A stretch of 17,334 nucleotides of DNA from Abditibacteriaceae bacterium. Its GTDB lineage: Bacteria; Armatimonadota; Abditibacteriia; Abditibacteriales; Abditibacteriaceae. The stretch is from positions 1-17,334 of the forward strand of contig JANMKN010000267.1 in the NCBI GenBank assembly GCA_031372065.1. The letters run 5' to 3'. Under the pieces are notes generated by a model, which did not search any database, was not told where the DNA came from, and saw nothing but the letters and a program-made list of their open reading frames with translations. Both the position numbers and the translations under genes were made by a program. Positions 16,582 to 17,334 of the stretch are shown piece after piece (positions within the stretch are counted from its first letter, which is position 1; the number at the start of each line of letters is the position of its first letter).

Positions 16582-17088
16582 TTATTGAATCTGCACGCCG
16601 CGATTGCGCTTAACCGATTGCGCCAAATATGCGCCATTTAGTGCGGCTGCGAGGGAAAGCACAAAAGATAACGCTGACCACAGAATATACAGCGATGAAA
16701 ATAATATGCCCCGTATGGCGCTGGTGTTCATGAGCGCAAAAATACACGTAGCAAAAAACAGCAAAATTATTACGACAGATGTGAACTGGTAAGGATGATG
16801 GCGCGCACGAAATCCAACAACAAAACCGATGAGCGTGCCATAGGCGACGGGCGAGGCAAATCGCAAAACTGTATTTGCCACGCTGAACCACGGCGCGGAA
16901 AAAACGGCGGTGCCGTAATGTGTGGACAAGTAGCGAAAAAGGAAAGACCAAAATAAACTTTGAGCCAGCCACCAAGCCACACCAACGCCTAAACCAGCGC
17001 CAATCGCGCCCCATTCGATGCCCGCAGGCGGTGCACTTTGAGGCTCATTTATCGGTTCAACGGCTGAAAATTCGGGTTGGTTCTCCAT
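16582..17088 (-). CDS. Hypothetical membrane protein, about 4 TM helices
   Basis: 168-aa ORF with an acidic/Pro-rich N-terminus and four hydrophobic segments. Ends 6 nt before the PAP2 start, suggesting an operon. Confidence 0.7.
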   Translation of the reverse strand: MENQPEFSAVEPINEPQSAPPAGIEWGAIGAGLGVGVAWWLAQSLFWSFLFRYLSTHYGTAVFSAPWFSVANTVLRFASPVAYGTLIGFVVGFRARHHPYQFTSVVIILLFFATCIFALMNTSAIRGILFSSLYILWSALSFVLSLAAALNGAYLAQSVKRNRGVQIQ

Positions 17089-17241
17089 AAAACGCTCTTT
17101 AGTTTAGCTTTATAGACATTTTTCAAGACTTATCGAGAAAAGTAACAATGCTGGCCCTCGTAACGATTGCCAAGAGTGGAAAATAGGGCCTGTGATGAGG
17201 AATTTATAAAGTAAGATGGTCATCTTTCTAAGAAAGACCGT

Positions 17242-17334
17242 GAAATTATAAATTAGGATGGCGAAATTATAAATTAGGATGGCGAAATTATAAATTAGGA
17301 TGGCGAAATTATAAATTAGGATGGCGAAATTATA
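17242..17334. repeat. Perfect 21-bp tandem repeat GAAATTATAAATTAGGATGGC, 4.4 copies, running off the window end
   Basis: Identical units start at 17242, 17263, 17284 and 17305, with a partial unit at 17326. No spacers. Confidence 0.97.

Noticed and set aside
17200..17334. CRISPR array (repeat, 21-nt spacer, repeat)
   Set aside because: The perfect units are directly adjacent with no spacers, the apparent spacer at 17221-17241 is itself a degenerate unit, and no cas genes are in the window.

Overview
Bacterial chromosomal window of mostly metabolic genes, roughly 50-55% GC by eye. The sequence style and Calx-beta/STAND-type remnants suggest an Abditibacteriota/Armatimonadota-like organism, which is inference only. 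In order: 3' end of a PfkB kinase; a secreted protein with an apparently circularly permuted discoidin/pappalysin-like domain; pdxT without pdxS; a hidden TolB-like gene remnant; a GH2 beta-mannosidase; a secreted S9B/DPP-IV-like peptidase with an inserted VHL-beta-like domain; a decayed patch (STAND-type ATPase remnant joined back-to-back to a 5'-truncated, frameshifted 4x Calx-beta gene); a minus-strand aldo/keto reductase, glucose-dehydrogenase-like SDR and GH63-like glucosidase cluster; tatA; a class-V PLP enzyme; a PAP2 phosphatase; and a membrane protein. Non-coding structure includes three unrelated intergenic palindromes whose arms are built from short periodic units, and a 21-bp tandem array running off the right end (4.4 perfect copies preceded by in-phase degenerate copies). 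I saw no rRNA, tRNA, CRISPR array or transposase, and no complete novel multi-gene system can be demonstrated. The terminal array and the periodic palindromes are the best leads.
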